From the NCBI RefSeq assembly GCF_009914755.1, contig NC_060930.1: 64,000 nt of DNA; one strand, written 5' to 3'. The stretch comes from the human T2T-CHM13v2.0 reference genome, Homo sapiens. Made by a program: the position numbers and the translations under genes. Shown in pieces: positions 39,961 to 54,845 of this stretch; positions within the stretch are counted from its first letter, which is position 1, and every line of letters begins with the position of its first letter. Under the pieces are notes generated by a model. That model was not told the origin of the DNA, did not search any database, and worked only from the letters and a program-made list of their open reading frames with translations.

Positions 39961-42841
39961 TATAAGAAGCACTATGTAGGAATTAGAGATTCAAAGATGA
40001 AAAAGATGCAGACCTGACCTAAAGGAATTCACACTTGGGAAGCTTGGGGTGGGAGGTGGGAGGAACAAAGAATTTTATTAGAAATATAACCACAGGGTAG
40101 TATCTACAATAGTACAAAGGCAGACTTAGACAAAATAGCTGTTTTAAGTCTCCTAGAAGCCGTTCCCAACAATCTAAGAAATTCTGGACTGGTTTCAGGA
40201 CAAATGAATTTCAGAGATAAGGGTAATTTTAAGAAAAACTACTTTATTTTTCTACCTATCCAGCACAGAACACCTATATGAAACATATGCTGAGACATTT
40301 TATGTATATTATCATATTTCCTCTCAATAAACTTTATTCAGTTCTTGCTGCTTTCAAAAGTTTCATTTTAGTTTTCCCTAGATGTAAGGTATTATGTTTA
40401 TGAACCTATGGAGACCACCTTTTAAAGCTAATTAATAAAACTATCCTCTAAAAACTAGCTTAGCTCTCACCATCCCAGCAGTCTTTTTCGAAAACAGTAG
40501 TACATAGTCACTGCTACCCTCTAATGACAACTGCAATCATTCTACCACATTTTACATGTGGTTAGTGGCTATATGCTATGTGGGGGAGCGTGCATTGCTT
40601 CAAAAAAGAAATTTGGAGTCATTTTATTAAAAGTAAAGAGCCAAAGATTTTTGAGGTCAACTATTCCACAGTAAGTAAGCTAGGGCTGAAGTCCATTTGT
40701 GAGCATTTTTCCTAATTGTTGGTAATAAATTTTTATAAATAAAGGGTCTAATGGTAATGTTGACTGATTATTAACTACATCAACCCAAATGTTCCCGTCA
40801 CAGTGAAATTTGCTTTATAATTTACCTTAACGGACTATGTATCAATAAATATTGAAAATGTCCAGTCTCTTCCCCCCACCTCCATTTAAATCAAATCCAA
40901 TTCTATGTGAACAGATTGTACCAATGTATAATTACAATAGCTAATGCACTGGAAAAGTAGTGTTCTTTGATAAATAATTTTTCTAAAACCTCTTAAGCAT
41001 TCTGCATCCTCAACACTTCTCTCACACTCAAAAAATGCAGTAAATTATACAACCAGAAACTAGTGACCATTGCCAATTGTGTTAATGGATCTACAAACCT
41101 CATCATCAGCTCCAATAGTGACTTGTTTTTTTTTTTCTTTTTGGATTTCAAAACTCAGTCAAGTAAGAGTCAAAAAGTACCTAGGGATATTTTTTAAAGT
41201 GTTTATTCATCAAAAGTATAACCAAACCCTAATGGAAATAACAGTCTAGTCACCATTGTAATATAGTGCTAAACCTGCAGTACATATATAATCTTTAGAA
41301 ATCTGCAAACTCCTTGAAATTATGTGTAAAGTTTTGTGTATACATAAATGTGTATAAGCCCCATCCCCTTTCTTCTGCTTTCTACCACTTTATAAACACT
41401 TCTAAGTACAAGCTGAATGCCTCCTCTCAATTTCTCTCCCTGACTCCTCTTCTGCCTTATTTTGATCTCCTCACTCTGTGCCTCTGTTGTAGTCAACAAT
41501 CCAACTGTAACCTCATGTACAAAATGCACTAACTTAGGAGGAATGTTTAATATGAATTCTATGTAGAAAAAGCAGTGACTAATACATGTTTAAGATCAAT
41601 TATGAAAATCATCAAAAAGTATAAGCTCGTTTAGAATAATATCATATTTAGCAGTAAATAAATTTCTTAATTTTAAATTATGGTTTTCCAGATATGTAGT
41701 TTCATACCACATACATTCCCTATAGAGATGCTATTTACCACTTTTACTGTAGTTCTTTAAAAGGGAGGAAAAGATAGAGGAGGGGAAAAAGTTTCCTAAA
41801 AGATTATCCATTGAGTCAATGATCTGTGGGGTTTATTATAAAGCTCCATTATTAGGGCTGAGAGCCTCAAAGGCGTTTATTATAGCACTAATTTCTTTTT
41901 GCAAGGCTTCAGCAAATGAACCGATTTATCTGGTATCTGCATGCTTAGGGCTTGATACATGCTATTTGTACATGACAGGTTTCATCTGCGTAGCACCATT
42001 GATAACATTTATCTGCACATCAAAAAAGCTCATCTCCTGATGAAAAAAAAATCCATGCATATGCTGGGATAAGAAATGTTAAAGTGGTGAGTAAAAGACC
42101 TGTGATATCTCATAAAATGGAACAAAACTACAAAAAGATCACCGATTCAGTATGAATGTGCAACAGTGCTATAGGAGCAGATATAATGTCAAACAAGGAA
42201 GAAATGGAAAGATACTTGCTTACACTGATAAAAGAGTAGGGCTTTGTTACCATCCTGTGAATTTTAACTAGAAATTGGAAAAAAAAATTACTTTCAAATA
42301 AGACAAAGTTTCATAAAGCTTTAAGAACAATGCAAAAGTAGTTCAAAATAAATCTTAAGACAGTACCCATTGTTTGTAACTGCCAGTAGAAATTAACCCC
42401 TGAAAGTTACTCTTATGGGAATAAGATGTTTAGATTGACTGTTGCTGTAGTTCAAAATTAAAAATCTTTGATAAAGCTTAAAGTCCTTATAAGAAAGTAA
42501 CTTTAAAAAACACACAGAAAAAAATGTAACCAAAATGTAAACCTGCTTTCCTTTCAGAAACAATAATCAGCTTACAACATCTGTGTAAAAGATTGTGAAA
42601 GGTGGACACAGCCTACATATTTGAATAATAATGTAATAATAAAGTATTTCCAACAGATAATATATAATATATTCTTTTGAGAAAAATCAGTGTTTTTCTT
42701 TATAAAGAAGGTATACACTGAGTTAAAGAGCTTGTTCCTATAATTCATGATCTTTCAGAACATGTGGTTACGTTAGGCTTCAATCACCTCTTACTCTTAC
42801 TCTTCCCAGCATTTGGTAATATAGACAGTGGAGCTAATTTT

Positions 42842-43355
42842 CTGTCATTCAGGAAGAACTGCTGGATCACTAAACTTGTATCATCATCATCTCTGAAACA
42901 CAGTAAAAATCACTGTTAGACCCAATAGTTTATTAGATCGAACCCACCATCAACAATGTCAACTCTGCCTGGTCGTGTTAACAGGAAAATGTTTTACGAG
43001 TTCCACCACTGGGCATCAATTTAACTTCCAGCACCAGCTATGCTGTAAAACCGTGAATGTAATTTATATGGTGACCCGCGTGTGTGGGAAGCAATATCTA
43101 GGTGAAACTTCTCACAGTCTGACAAAATGCTTTGATTTGCACCATTCAGATGATTGAGCAAAAAGAGTTTAAGCAATCACCACCAATAGCCTTTATCTCC
43201 AAATTCACTAAAAATTTATTACTCTATGAGTGCAATCTATTGCTTTAGAGCCTAGATTGACAGAATAGAAATGACTGGATAAATATTACATTTTCAACTG
43301 GTACACATCTTGTCCATTAGGTTTAAATATTGGACAAGCTATGTGTTTAAGATAA
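42842..43355 (+). mobile_element. Fossil Penelope-like element (Neptune-type): CxxC linker plus GIY-YIG endonuclease relic
   Basis: Translation CQLC..FTSSTTGHQF..LCCKTVNVIYMVTRVCGKQYLGETSHSLTKCFDLHHSD, and later in the same frame LDKYYIFNWYTSCPLGLN; motif order and spacing match PLE endonucleases; interrupted by stops and frameshifts. Confidence 0.8.
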
Positions 43356-45934
43356 ATATCAGTCTTAGCTTATTCCCTCGAACAATACTTTTAGAAAGCC
43401 TACAAATGTTTCCACAGTAACATTTTTGTGCTTACATATAGCAGAGGACACATGTTCACTGCCAATTAGGAGAAAGTAAACCAAGAGACCACTGTATTCT
43501 TCTTATAACAACATACCTTTGTCTTTTACTTAGCACTTAACACAGATGACAATATTTACATATATTTTGCTGTGTACTAAACAACTGAGTAATCACTCAA
43601 GCTGGAAAGGACATAAATAGAGCTCACCCACCTATCCTAAATAACAGTTTACTATTCAGGCCTTCCTAGGAATTTTAAACTAGCATAGATTTCATACAGA
43701 TGGCTTTCCAAGTAGCTACTCCTGTGCACTAACAGAAGGGTGTTTACCTGGCAACCTCTCTATCCACTTGCCTGAGATCATATACCTTTAAATATGGCAA
43801 TGGATGTTTCAGATCTATATATATAGAGCAAAGCTGCGAAGATCGCTGCAACACAACTTTTAAATATCCTTTCTAGCATTATGGGAGGGATCCTATGCAT
43901 ATAATCTTCAATGACTTTGGGTTCCTGAGCTATTACCTTAGCGTTGACTAACCTGATTAACTCAGTACTACTTTCTAGTATTTTCTAATTTGGTTTTTTA
44001 GATACTGTAAAGTAAATAATATCATCTACAGTTTGGTGATGAAAAAATGGACTCAGAGGTTAAATAACTTGACCACTAAGTAACAGAAATGGAATTATAA
44101 CCCAGGTGTATCTGACTCCAAAGCATTTTTCACTATAAACCATCTTTGTTCAAGATTTAACTGTAATAATTAAACTCTTACACTTGAAGGTTTAAAAGAG
44201 TACCTAATAGTAAAATAAGACTAAAGCACACACAGAATTATTTATAAGAGGTGTATCTTTATAATACTCTTAATCACCAACATTTATTCATTAAAGAACT
44301 ATACTACTAATCAAGGGATGATCAGGTTAAGATGACTACTGGTCATTAATGTTGGCAGTTGAGTTCTTTTCCTTAAGGTTTCCAGCCTTGTTTTTATGCA
44401 TTTTGTTTGCCACATCAAAAAAAATAATTGCTTTGTACAAAAAGGATATAAAACAAAAACTTACTACTTAGAAAAACATCACCCATATTCCACATACAAA
44501 GCTTTTTGTTATTGCACTACTAGAAGAGACTTAAGCATTTAACTTGGAATGCCTAGCAAGATCTTTTAAGCTGTTTTTCTTATCTTGTTCTTCAAAATTC
44601 GAAACTAGAAAATCCCACTTGACTAAAAAGGCAAAAAAAGGAGGTTGTCCCTTCTAGGGTTAACAGATGCTTTTTGTAAGATTTTAGGTAAGATTAACCT
44701 TTTGCTCACAACAGGACTGGTTATTTATTTATTTATTTTTTTTACTGTCTTTAACTCAGGTAAAAATCAATATACAGCGAGACAAAGGGCTCTAGAGGGT
44801 CTGGCTACACCAGCTTTTGGTTTGGCTCCTGCACAATTCTACAACATGCTGAGGCTGGGAAGGATTAGCCTGCTTGTGTTGAGTAAACCGATGATACTCA
44901 ATAAACAGTTTCTGTTGTAAACCCCTTAGGACGTGCAAAGCCACACTAGTTGGCAATAGACCAGATAAGCTGCAGAACCAGCTGTAATCTCATTTAGACC
45001 TGAGCTGATCCTCCTGTCCTTTCATTCCACAGGATCAAAGCAAACCACTGAGGAGGCAGCTGTATTATAGCAGCTCTGCTTGCTGGATGCAGCAAACATT
45101 TCATAAATTCCACTCCTTGAAGCAAGTCTCTACCTAATCTACCCAGAGCTGGGACAATCAATGAATTTCTGAATTCATTAGACCGATTATTACAGGGTAA
45201 CCATTTTTTCTTTGGAGAAATATAATGATTGTATGCCAACTTTACAAAGCAGCTGTTTCTGACCATCTCTTTCTTCTGGAAGGGGCTAAATTTTCCCCCA
45301 CAATATTGAATAAAAGTGGTTTAAAAGTACTTAGCTCATTATATTTAATGCATATTAACAAGTAAACAATATATGATGCTAAATTTCTCCAGCAGTAGTA
45401 GCTGACTACCACTTAAAGGCAGCCAAACTTTAACAGTGGCCCATACTTTCCATGTTCAATGACACAGTGAGGAATGCCAAACCCTACTGTAACACAGCAG
45501 CATAGATTAACTGATGCTCCGAAAAAATTTATAGAAAAAGTTGTTGTTGTTTATTAAACAATATTATTTGGCATGTATTTGTATTTTTTTATAAAACAGG
45601 ATAAAATTTTCAAAGTGTTCCAAACTGACATTGTTAAGTGTTTCAAAGTCAGTCAAGCATTTCATCCCCATGCCTCCCCTTCAATAGAACTGACATCTTA
45701 GTATCTATTACTAGGAATTCCTTTCAGTAGAAACCTAAATTTCAAGTTATGAATCTTCAGAAAATTTACCATCCTCATGGTTAAGATAACATTAACTGGA
45801 TGTATAATGGACACTGAAGAGGCAGGTATTAGGCATGACATCACAGATCACTCTAAACAGTGAACGTGAAAGAAATGAAACCCAAAACAAATGCATAGAG
45901 CTATAAAACATTAGCATTTTAAAAGAATCAACTA

Positions 45935-46240
<306 letters not shown>

Positions 46241-46267
46241 TCAACTATAATTATAATTTAATACTGA

Positions 46268-46886
<619 letters not shown>

Positions 46887-47805
46887 TAGTCTAAACTACT
46901 CATTTTTCAGATGACACGACAAACTTTCAGGGACATGAATTGTTCTGCATAACTAAGCAGCAAGTGTCAGCATCAGAATTTAGATCTCCTGAGACCCACT
47001 GTGTCTCTCTACTGTTTCCTAACATTTAACCCAACACTACTTTTCTTAGAAAATGGTGTGAAGATTCTACTATAATTCAGAAACACTTGAAAAAGCAACA
47101 ATGAAAAGCACAAAACAGTTTTAAGAATGCCTGTGACACGTCAATGCAGACAGCATGCAAAAATGACCACACATTAGCTGACCCAATCATTTCCAAGCTA
47201 ACAAATGCTACATTTAATAATGATTCACCTTCCCTCCAATCCCTTCTTCAGACATAAAATGGTCCCATTTAAGATAATCACCTAATAACAGCAAAAGTGA
47301 GAAATATGGAAACCGTAACTCTTCTATTTGCAAAATCCAGATCTTTGTAATAATAACTCCACAATAGGAAACTGCAAAACTGTGTAATTATACTTTAATT
47401 GTATTGTGAGGCATGCATTAATCACAAAGTTTAAGCACCAAGGATAGAATTATAATAATTCTGTAAAACAAATTCCAGCTAGCTAAGTAGGTCAGAACCA
47501 CTAACATGCAACAGGAGACCTCTGGGAATTTATCAGTTAATGGCTATTTATGTGCAAATGAGTGCCCTCCAACCCTCCAAAATCCTGTGTAGCTGAAGGG
47601 TATTTCTGTTAACCAGGAGCACTGCTTAACTGCAGAGGCATAAATTAAAGCATTTTATTGAAATGATTTTTAATTTCTCTACTTTCCTTTTCCACATTCC
47701 TTCCTACCTCTTTCAAGAAGCACAATTTATAGCACACATTTAACAAGGAAAAAAAAAAAAGGCTGCTGGAGAATATTCAAAACTGATTTCTCCTGAACCT
47801 CGCAT

Positions 47806-47807
<2 letters not shown>

Positions 47808-47839
<32 letters not shown>
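47808..47839. repeat. (CA)n microsatellite
   Basis: Direct reading. Confidence 0.95.
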
Positions 47840-47842
<3 letters not shown>

Positions 47843-50800
47843 ACCTTCAGTAAAATTAAAGGAAAACATGTCTCACATTAAATTTAAAAACTTCAATATA
47901 AGCACTAAATTAACATGCTTTTTATAATGAACTATATAATAAAACAAAATTCTGTTTTATGTTCTTATATTCTTATCCTACAGAAAACAAAGAAATTCAA
48001 TGGTGTTTGTATCTATCATAATTCTTGTCCTAACAGTCAAACAATATACCTATCAAAAGTACACTTGGAGAAGTGGGGAAAGACTTTTTTGTTAAAAAGA
48101 AAGTCTCTAAGATGTTTTTTGAAAGGGGTAAAAAGAAAGGCAGAATACAAATTTTCAATACCATCTAAACATGGCTAAAAGAGACACTAAACGCCCATCA
48201 TAAGGACCATATCAAATTTACTCAGTACAAAGTTGGCATAAAACTAAGTACTGTCCAATGTTTAGATTTTAGGTAGAATAACAGTTATCTAAAATTACTG
48301 TTTTTAATGATTTAATATAGTGGCAATTTAAAAGTTTTAAGTTATGTTAACACTACCTTGGAGCTCTTTCTTTCCCATCATTAACTGAAATAAAATATAA
48401 CCTAACCCTAAGTTAAAGACAAGTAAAGGCCAAATTAATCATATAATATCTTTAAAATTATAATACTTTTTAATGTAGTGAAACTTCAGCACTTTAAGCT
48501 ACAGTCAAAAAACTAAAATGTTCGTGAGAATTCTCTATTTTAAATATATAGGCAATACAACTTTGTGGTAAACTCTTTCTCAAAAAGATTTTAATGTTCC
48601 ACTCATTTTTCCATAATTGAGTTTTCCAGAGTTGTAAGTAAATTATAGCAGAGCAAATGATTCTATCAAGTTTGCTTCTGATTAGTTTGCTCCATATCAC
48701 TCCTGGATTCAGAGGGCAATAATTGAAGGAATCAAGTGCTCCTCTGGTCAATTGTGTTTGTATATGAAATAGGGAACAGAAGTCTCTGGCCTAATGCTGT
48801 GTGTTATACTTCAATGTACAAAACATGTAAGTCATAGGAATTAAGATATATTTCTGGCCTAAAAACATAATTTCATTACAACTATTTGCTTTAAAAAAAA
48901 TTATCACATAAATGTAACCATCTGTTAAAGGTCATCACCCTATTTCAAAAGGGAACTCTCAGAAGCTGTAAAGCAAGGGCTCACTTGAGGCTCTCCTCTC
49001 TCTTTGGTCAGGGGAAATACTGTGGTCACACCAGTCTTCCAGTCACAGGAAGATTCTAAGTCAGATCTCTGTGTACCAAGCACTGCACTAAGGCTTAATT
49101 AACCCTGTTCAGAAAAAATAAGACCTTCTCTTAACTGAAGAGACAACAAATACATAGTCAACTTGCTGAAGGAGTACAATTAAGAGGTATGTCTCATATT
49201 TGGACTATCCCCTCCAAAATCTCTTAACATTACACATGAAAAGAACTATACAGGCATATGGAAATCATTGAAAATTTCCAACCTCTGCATTTATATGGCT
49301 GAAACTGAAGAAAAAATGAGATGATATTAAAGTGTTTTGATATCCTTAGGGTGATAAGGTCAAGAGCACCAATGAGAGAAATCTTGGACCACAGGAACAG
49401 TGAAACATTTTATCAGTAGTTAAACATAAGTAAAAGATGTATTTAAGTATAAGAAGCTATTAGGTTTGTCTAAGTCATAATTCCTAAAATTTCCTAATTA
49501 CTGAAAATGTTGGTTAAATATTATTGCCTGACTACATACAGGACCAACCTGAGTCATCAGATCATTCCTTTCCTTTATTCCCTTTATCACTCGATCCCAG
49601 TCATGACTTCAAAACTAATGTACTGTCCTACCTTTATGTATTTTTAAAAATTACTTTGGCATTTTTGTATTATTAGCCTTTATTACCACAATGATTTCCT
49701 ACCTAGTTTCCTTGCTTAAAGTTTGCTTAAAGTTCTCTTTCAATTCATTGGGCATATTACTGCCAGAACCATCTATATAATCACCATTCAACAGACACGT
49801 CATGCACTTTTAGCTGGATACCTAAGTGCTGAAGTTATAATTATGAATAAGACAAATTCCCGGCCCTCAATAAGTATCAGTCTAGTGAAGGAGATATTTC
49901 AAGTGGTAAATGTTCTGGGTGATACAAATATGAACAGGGCAAACAAGAAGGACAACACTTGCCTCTTGGGGAACCTGGAAACCCTTAATAGGGGAAACTG
50001 TATATTTCACTTACACCCGAAAGGAAATAAACTTTCCAGGCAGAAAAGAAATCAAGGAGCATTTCAAGCAGACGGATTAAGGGAAAGAAACAGGTAAGGT
50101 CTTTCTGTCAAGGATCTTATGATTCAGGGAGACAGAACAGCATATGAAGGGTATAAAGAACTGCTCTCATCACACCCCTCTACTTAAAACCTATAGTCTT
50201 TGATTTCCTCCTCACCCAGGTCTACACTCTGGCCCTAACTTCAAAGTCCTTCATAATCTGGTATAACTTTCTACTGGAGCATGTATCCTCTGCATTCATC
50301 AGACTAGTTTGTATCGCTACCTAAAAAACATTTAACCCGTCCCAACTTCCAGTTCTTAAGTCACTCTCCTGTTTTAGCATTTTTTTCCTCACTTCTCTTC
50401 TTCAACAACTTAGGTAATTGCCACTCACATCCAACCTCTTTCAAGAGGCTCTCCCTACCCCTCCTCCTTCCTTATCACAGGTATAAATCCTACTTCTTGA
50501 ATACCCAGTTCAAAGGCCATCTATTTCAAAATATCTTTCCTAATCCTTTCTTTCCACCCTTTTTCTTCCTTCTCCTACTGATGAATCCCCCAAATATCTT
50601 CAAGTGTTCATTACTCATTAATTTTCACTTTACACTAGTTATACACATGTACGGTTTACTAAAAAATAATTTCCCCAAGAACAGAATCTAATCCTTATTT
50701 TTGCACACAAACCAAAAAGCATTTTGCACTAATAGCACTCAAAAGCGTTACTGAATTACTACAGTATCCCACTACTACTTTTTAATATTCTGTGTGCTAT

Positions 50801-52058
50801 CATATACTCCAACTAGAGAATATCTTGTGCTTTTCTCATATCCTATCTAGTACCGGTAAGAGAGTAAGTCCATACAAAGCACCCAAGAAATACTTGCCTG
50901 GGTACTCTTCTACCTTCACTGACCTCAAGCTATCTACAATTACAACCAATTTATTAGTAATTTTCTCTTCAAATCTCTCCTCAACCCAAAGCAAAAGATA
51001 ATGAGAACTCAAACTGCTTAAGGTCTCTGACATACAAAAGGCCCTAAGCAAATATGCTGTTTAGTAATCAACTATGACATAGTTATTATGTCTCTATCGA
51101 AAAAGATTTCTTGAATAACACAGCTATCTCAGTATTTTTTGACTAAATTATTTAACTAATACATATCTAAAAATCACTCAAAGTAAATATTTGATAATAT
51201 TTGTAGCACTATAAATTGATGCTTAAGAAAAGTCTTTCCTATGTCATTCTTTTTTTGTAATTTTATTTTATGCATGCTACATAAAGTGAGAAAAAGCAGC
51301 TCTATATAAGCAGAAAACTAAATAACGGTAATTTAGTAAAATTTAATTTAATCGTGCTGGCAGTGTAAATCACATTTCCATTTCCTATATCAACTTTAAA
51401 GAGAAAAGCAAATTTGCTTAAAAATGTTAAAATATTCAATATATAATTGATATAATTAGAAACACTAAAGTAATCTAATCCAATCCTTTATCCTTCAGAT
51501 GAAAGAAATAAAATATGGGGACCTGCCTGAGGTCCCAGAGTTAGAGCTGAATTAGGTACAAAAGGCTCTTTCCATCACTTCATATCCAACCTTTTGCTTT
51601 TTCCTAAAAATCTTATATATCCCTAAACCAGTAGTTCTTGCTCCTAAAATAAATGTAGATACTGTATTAATGAATAACCAAGGAGATATAAAAAGTGCTT
51701 AATATGCAAGATAATAAGTGAACAGAATCAGGTATCAATTTTAACCTATCCCCTTCACTTTGAATCTTTGTATTAAACATAAAGAAAAGAACTAAAGCAG
51801 ACAACAGGGTGAAGAAAGGATTCTCTAACTTCAGGGTTTCCAAAATAAATGCCATAAAAAACAGTAAGAGAAAAGATTCATTTATGTATATGAAATTTAA
51901 TCTGACTCATTCTCCCACAATCATTATTCCAATGAGAATAAATACATCTGTCCAACATGTAAACAAGTTCATATATTTAAGTTATTCAAGTTCCTGGTGC
52001 CCACTAGTACATTCTAAATGACAAATTCAGAACAGCATACCAAAAGACAAGACATGAC

Positions 52059-52142
52059 TGTATTAGTCTATATAGAAATCATGGAAAGATTGAACTGTGT
52101 TGTATTAGTCCATATAGAAATCATGGAAAGACTGAACTGTGT
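52059..52142. repeat. 42-bp tandem duplication
   Basis: tgtattagtc(t/c)atatagaaatcatggaaaga(t/c)tgaactgtgt twice. Confidence 0.95.
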
Positions 52143-54552
52143 TGAATCTCTAAATTAGGCAAAATACACTTGCCTTCTGGGAAACAAGGGATATTTTGGT
52201 TACACGTTCTCACAAAACTTCTACTGTAATATAATTCTGAAATAGCTGGACCATTAATTCAACCTAATATATGTAATTTCTTATATTCCAGAGGCCACTT
52301 ACCATCTTCCATGAGTAGTCTGCAGAATGTAAGAGATTCCATATTTTGTATCAAATTAATGGTCCAACCATTTCAGAATTTAAAAAGGAATGACCATGGA
52401 GACATAAAAACTTGGTGGCATTAAATGGCATGATAGTATAAATGCTTTCTACTATACTATAAGCTCTACAAGTGCAGGAACATTTTCATGTACACAAGAG
52501 TACTTACTAGCACAGTTCTGGGACACAGAAGCATTCAAAAAACATTTGCTGAATTACATTGGAATTCCTCTTAGGAAACCACAATTAAAAAACTGTTAGC
52601 TGTTTACTTTTGTGTGTGTGTATATAATTTTTTAAGATTATGACATTTATATATAAAAATCCCTTAAAACTTTTACACATCCAAAAAAATACATAAAATG
52701 CAAATTTCAAGTGGGGCCAATATATTTGCAACATACGTAATGTATAGAAGATTGATGTATTTAATACAATTTTGTGGCAAATTAATATTAAAAGAAAAAA
52801 TAGATTACTTAATAAGAGGGTATCAGAACAATCCACATTCTGTGTTATAGGCTTTTCAAAGCAAACATATCAAAAGATTTCTTCTTCTTGACTTAATCTT
52901 TCATTTCCCTAATGTAAAATCTTCATCTTCTAGTAGTATACCTCAAAAGTGTAATGCATTAGAAAAAAAGGAAGTTGCACAGCTCTATGTAGCATCCGTG
53001 TTGTTAGCATGTACATAAACTTTTTAAAATGCACAAAGCAATACTACATTGGTTTTAGAATCTATTTTTTCATATTAAAATATTCTTCTGACATCTATTT
53101 TTCTTCTATTCCCATTCTCTGACACCTAATGTCAGAAGTAGAAAAGTAGATGTCAGAAGAAAGAAATGCGGCAAAGTGTATCAATAACACAGTGCTATAA
53201 TAACAATTCACTCAAGACCTTAAATATGTGTACAAGTAGCAAAGTTAATTATTTTTATTATTAATGGAATGTGTGAAAGATGTCAGGAAAAACTTTAAAA
53301 ACTTTTGAACTGCTATCTAAATAAACACAAACTTCTAAAGACTTAAAATTCCTCCCTTCTAATATTTGCCACCTATCATCTATATGACATAGTGTAGCTG
53401 ACTTACTGCCACATAATCTAATCACATGCTTTATTTTATGTAGGGCAATCTCAGAGAAAATTCTGTAAGTGACATGGAAGTTTTAAGAAAAGTCTCCAAC
53501 ATCTGTCTATTATTCTATCCATCACAGTGTATTTCATTTATTTGTTTATATGTCTACCTCACTACACTGTGGGGCACTTAAGAGCAGCATTCTGATTTTA
53601 TGCATCTCTACTTTCTCCAATACCAGCACAAAGTCTGTCATGGCAGGTACTTGATGGGCACTCAATAAGTGTACTGGCTGGAAAATACAGACATTTCTGT
53701 TTCATGCATAAGCACAAAATTAATACAGCAGAATTTTCTCCAAAGACATAAGAAAAATAAAAGGGGACAGAGATGTGACCAAGAAAGCAATTTATGTACT
53801 TAAAGCATAAATAGTATTCTTTTCATGGAATACCTATCATTGTACTGATTCAGAATGGAGCCCTAAAAAATCTTAATTTAGAATGGAAAACTCTGTCTAA
53901 TAAACCATTCTCTCACTTTACTTCTCTGAAACCAACACACAGTAATGATTATAAAAGCAATCACCGCTAGGTACTCTGTTAGACATGACATATATTACCT
54001 TTTTTATTCTCCAAATCAGCTCTTCAATACGTATCATTATACACATTTTACAGGTCAGAAAGACTGAGGTTCAAAGAAGTGACAAGACTTGTTGAAGACT
54101 ACAGTGAAAGAGCAGAGTCAGGATTCAAATTCACATTTGTAACATTTTGAAAAATACAGTAATTTTTTTTTACTATAAGCAAAAGACTATTCTATGTATG
54201 ATTCACACATACGAAATGACTGAAGTGAAAATTTGCTCGAATGGTTTTGACAATGGATATATTAATGACCCACAAAACTGAAATACAGTGAATATCCCAG
54301 TTAGATAAGCTAAGCAAATCAAATTTTTAAGCAACTAGGATCTTGGAAACAAGAGCCAAGCCAACTAAAAACTATGTACAGTTCCTAAACATTCACTGGG
54401 TTAAATGACGTTTGATTTATATACATGAAGTTTGAGATATTACACAGTTTTAAACAGTGCATGAGCACATTGTGTGTGTGTGTGCGTGTGTGTGTGTCTG
54501 TAGACAGAGTAACATGTCTTTGATATTTTTTTCTGTGAAGAAAATGAGGTTG

Positions 54553-54845
54553 CAGCCAGGCATGGTGGCTCACGCCTGTAATCCCAGCACTTTGGGAGGC
54601 CAAGGTGGGCAGATCATCTGAGGTCGGGAGTTCAAGACCAGCCTGACCAACATGGAAAAACCCCATCTCTACTAAAAATACAAAATTAGCCAGGCATGAT
54701 GGCGCATGCCTGTGGTCCCAGCTACTCAGGAGGCTGAGGCAGGAGAATCACTTGAACACAGGAGGTGGAGGCTGTGGTGAGCCAAGATCGCGCCATTGTA
54801 CTCCAGCCTGGGCAACAAGAGCAAAACTCCACCTCAAAAAAAAAG
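54553..54845 (+). mobile_element. AluSq/Sp-like
   Basis: Full dimer; flanking gaggttg repeat. Confidence 0.95.

Noticed and set aside
42975-43157. Possible functional domesticated GIY-YIG nuclease gene
   Set aside because: No ATG start, the catalytic Arg position reads Cys, and there are stops and frameshifts before the C-terminal motif; kept only as a fossil.
49723-50097. 124-aa plus-strand ORF
   Set aside because: Overlaps degenerate antisense L2-like sequence; no protein motif.
52303-52319. Possible 17-nt micro-exon (ctgcAG ... ATG|GTAAGT)
   Set aside because: Too short to distinguish from chance without junction data.
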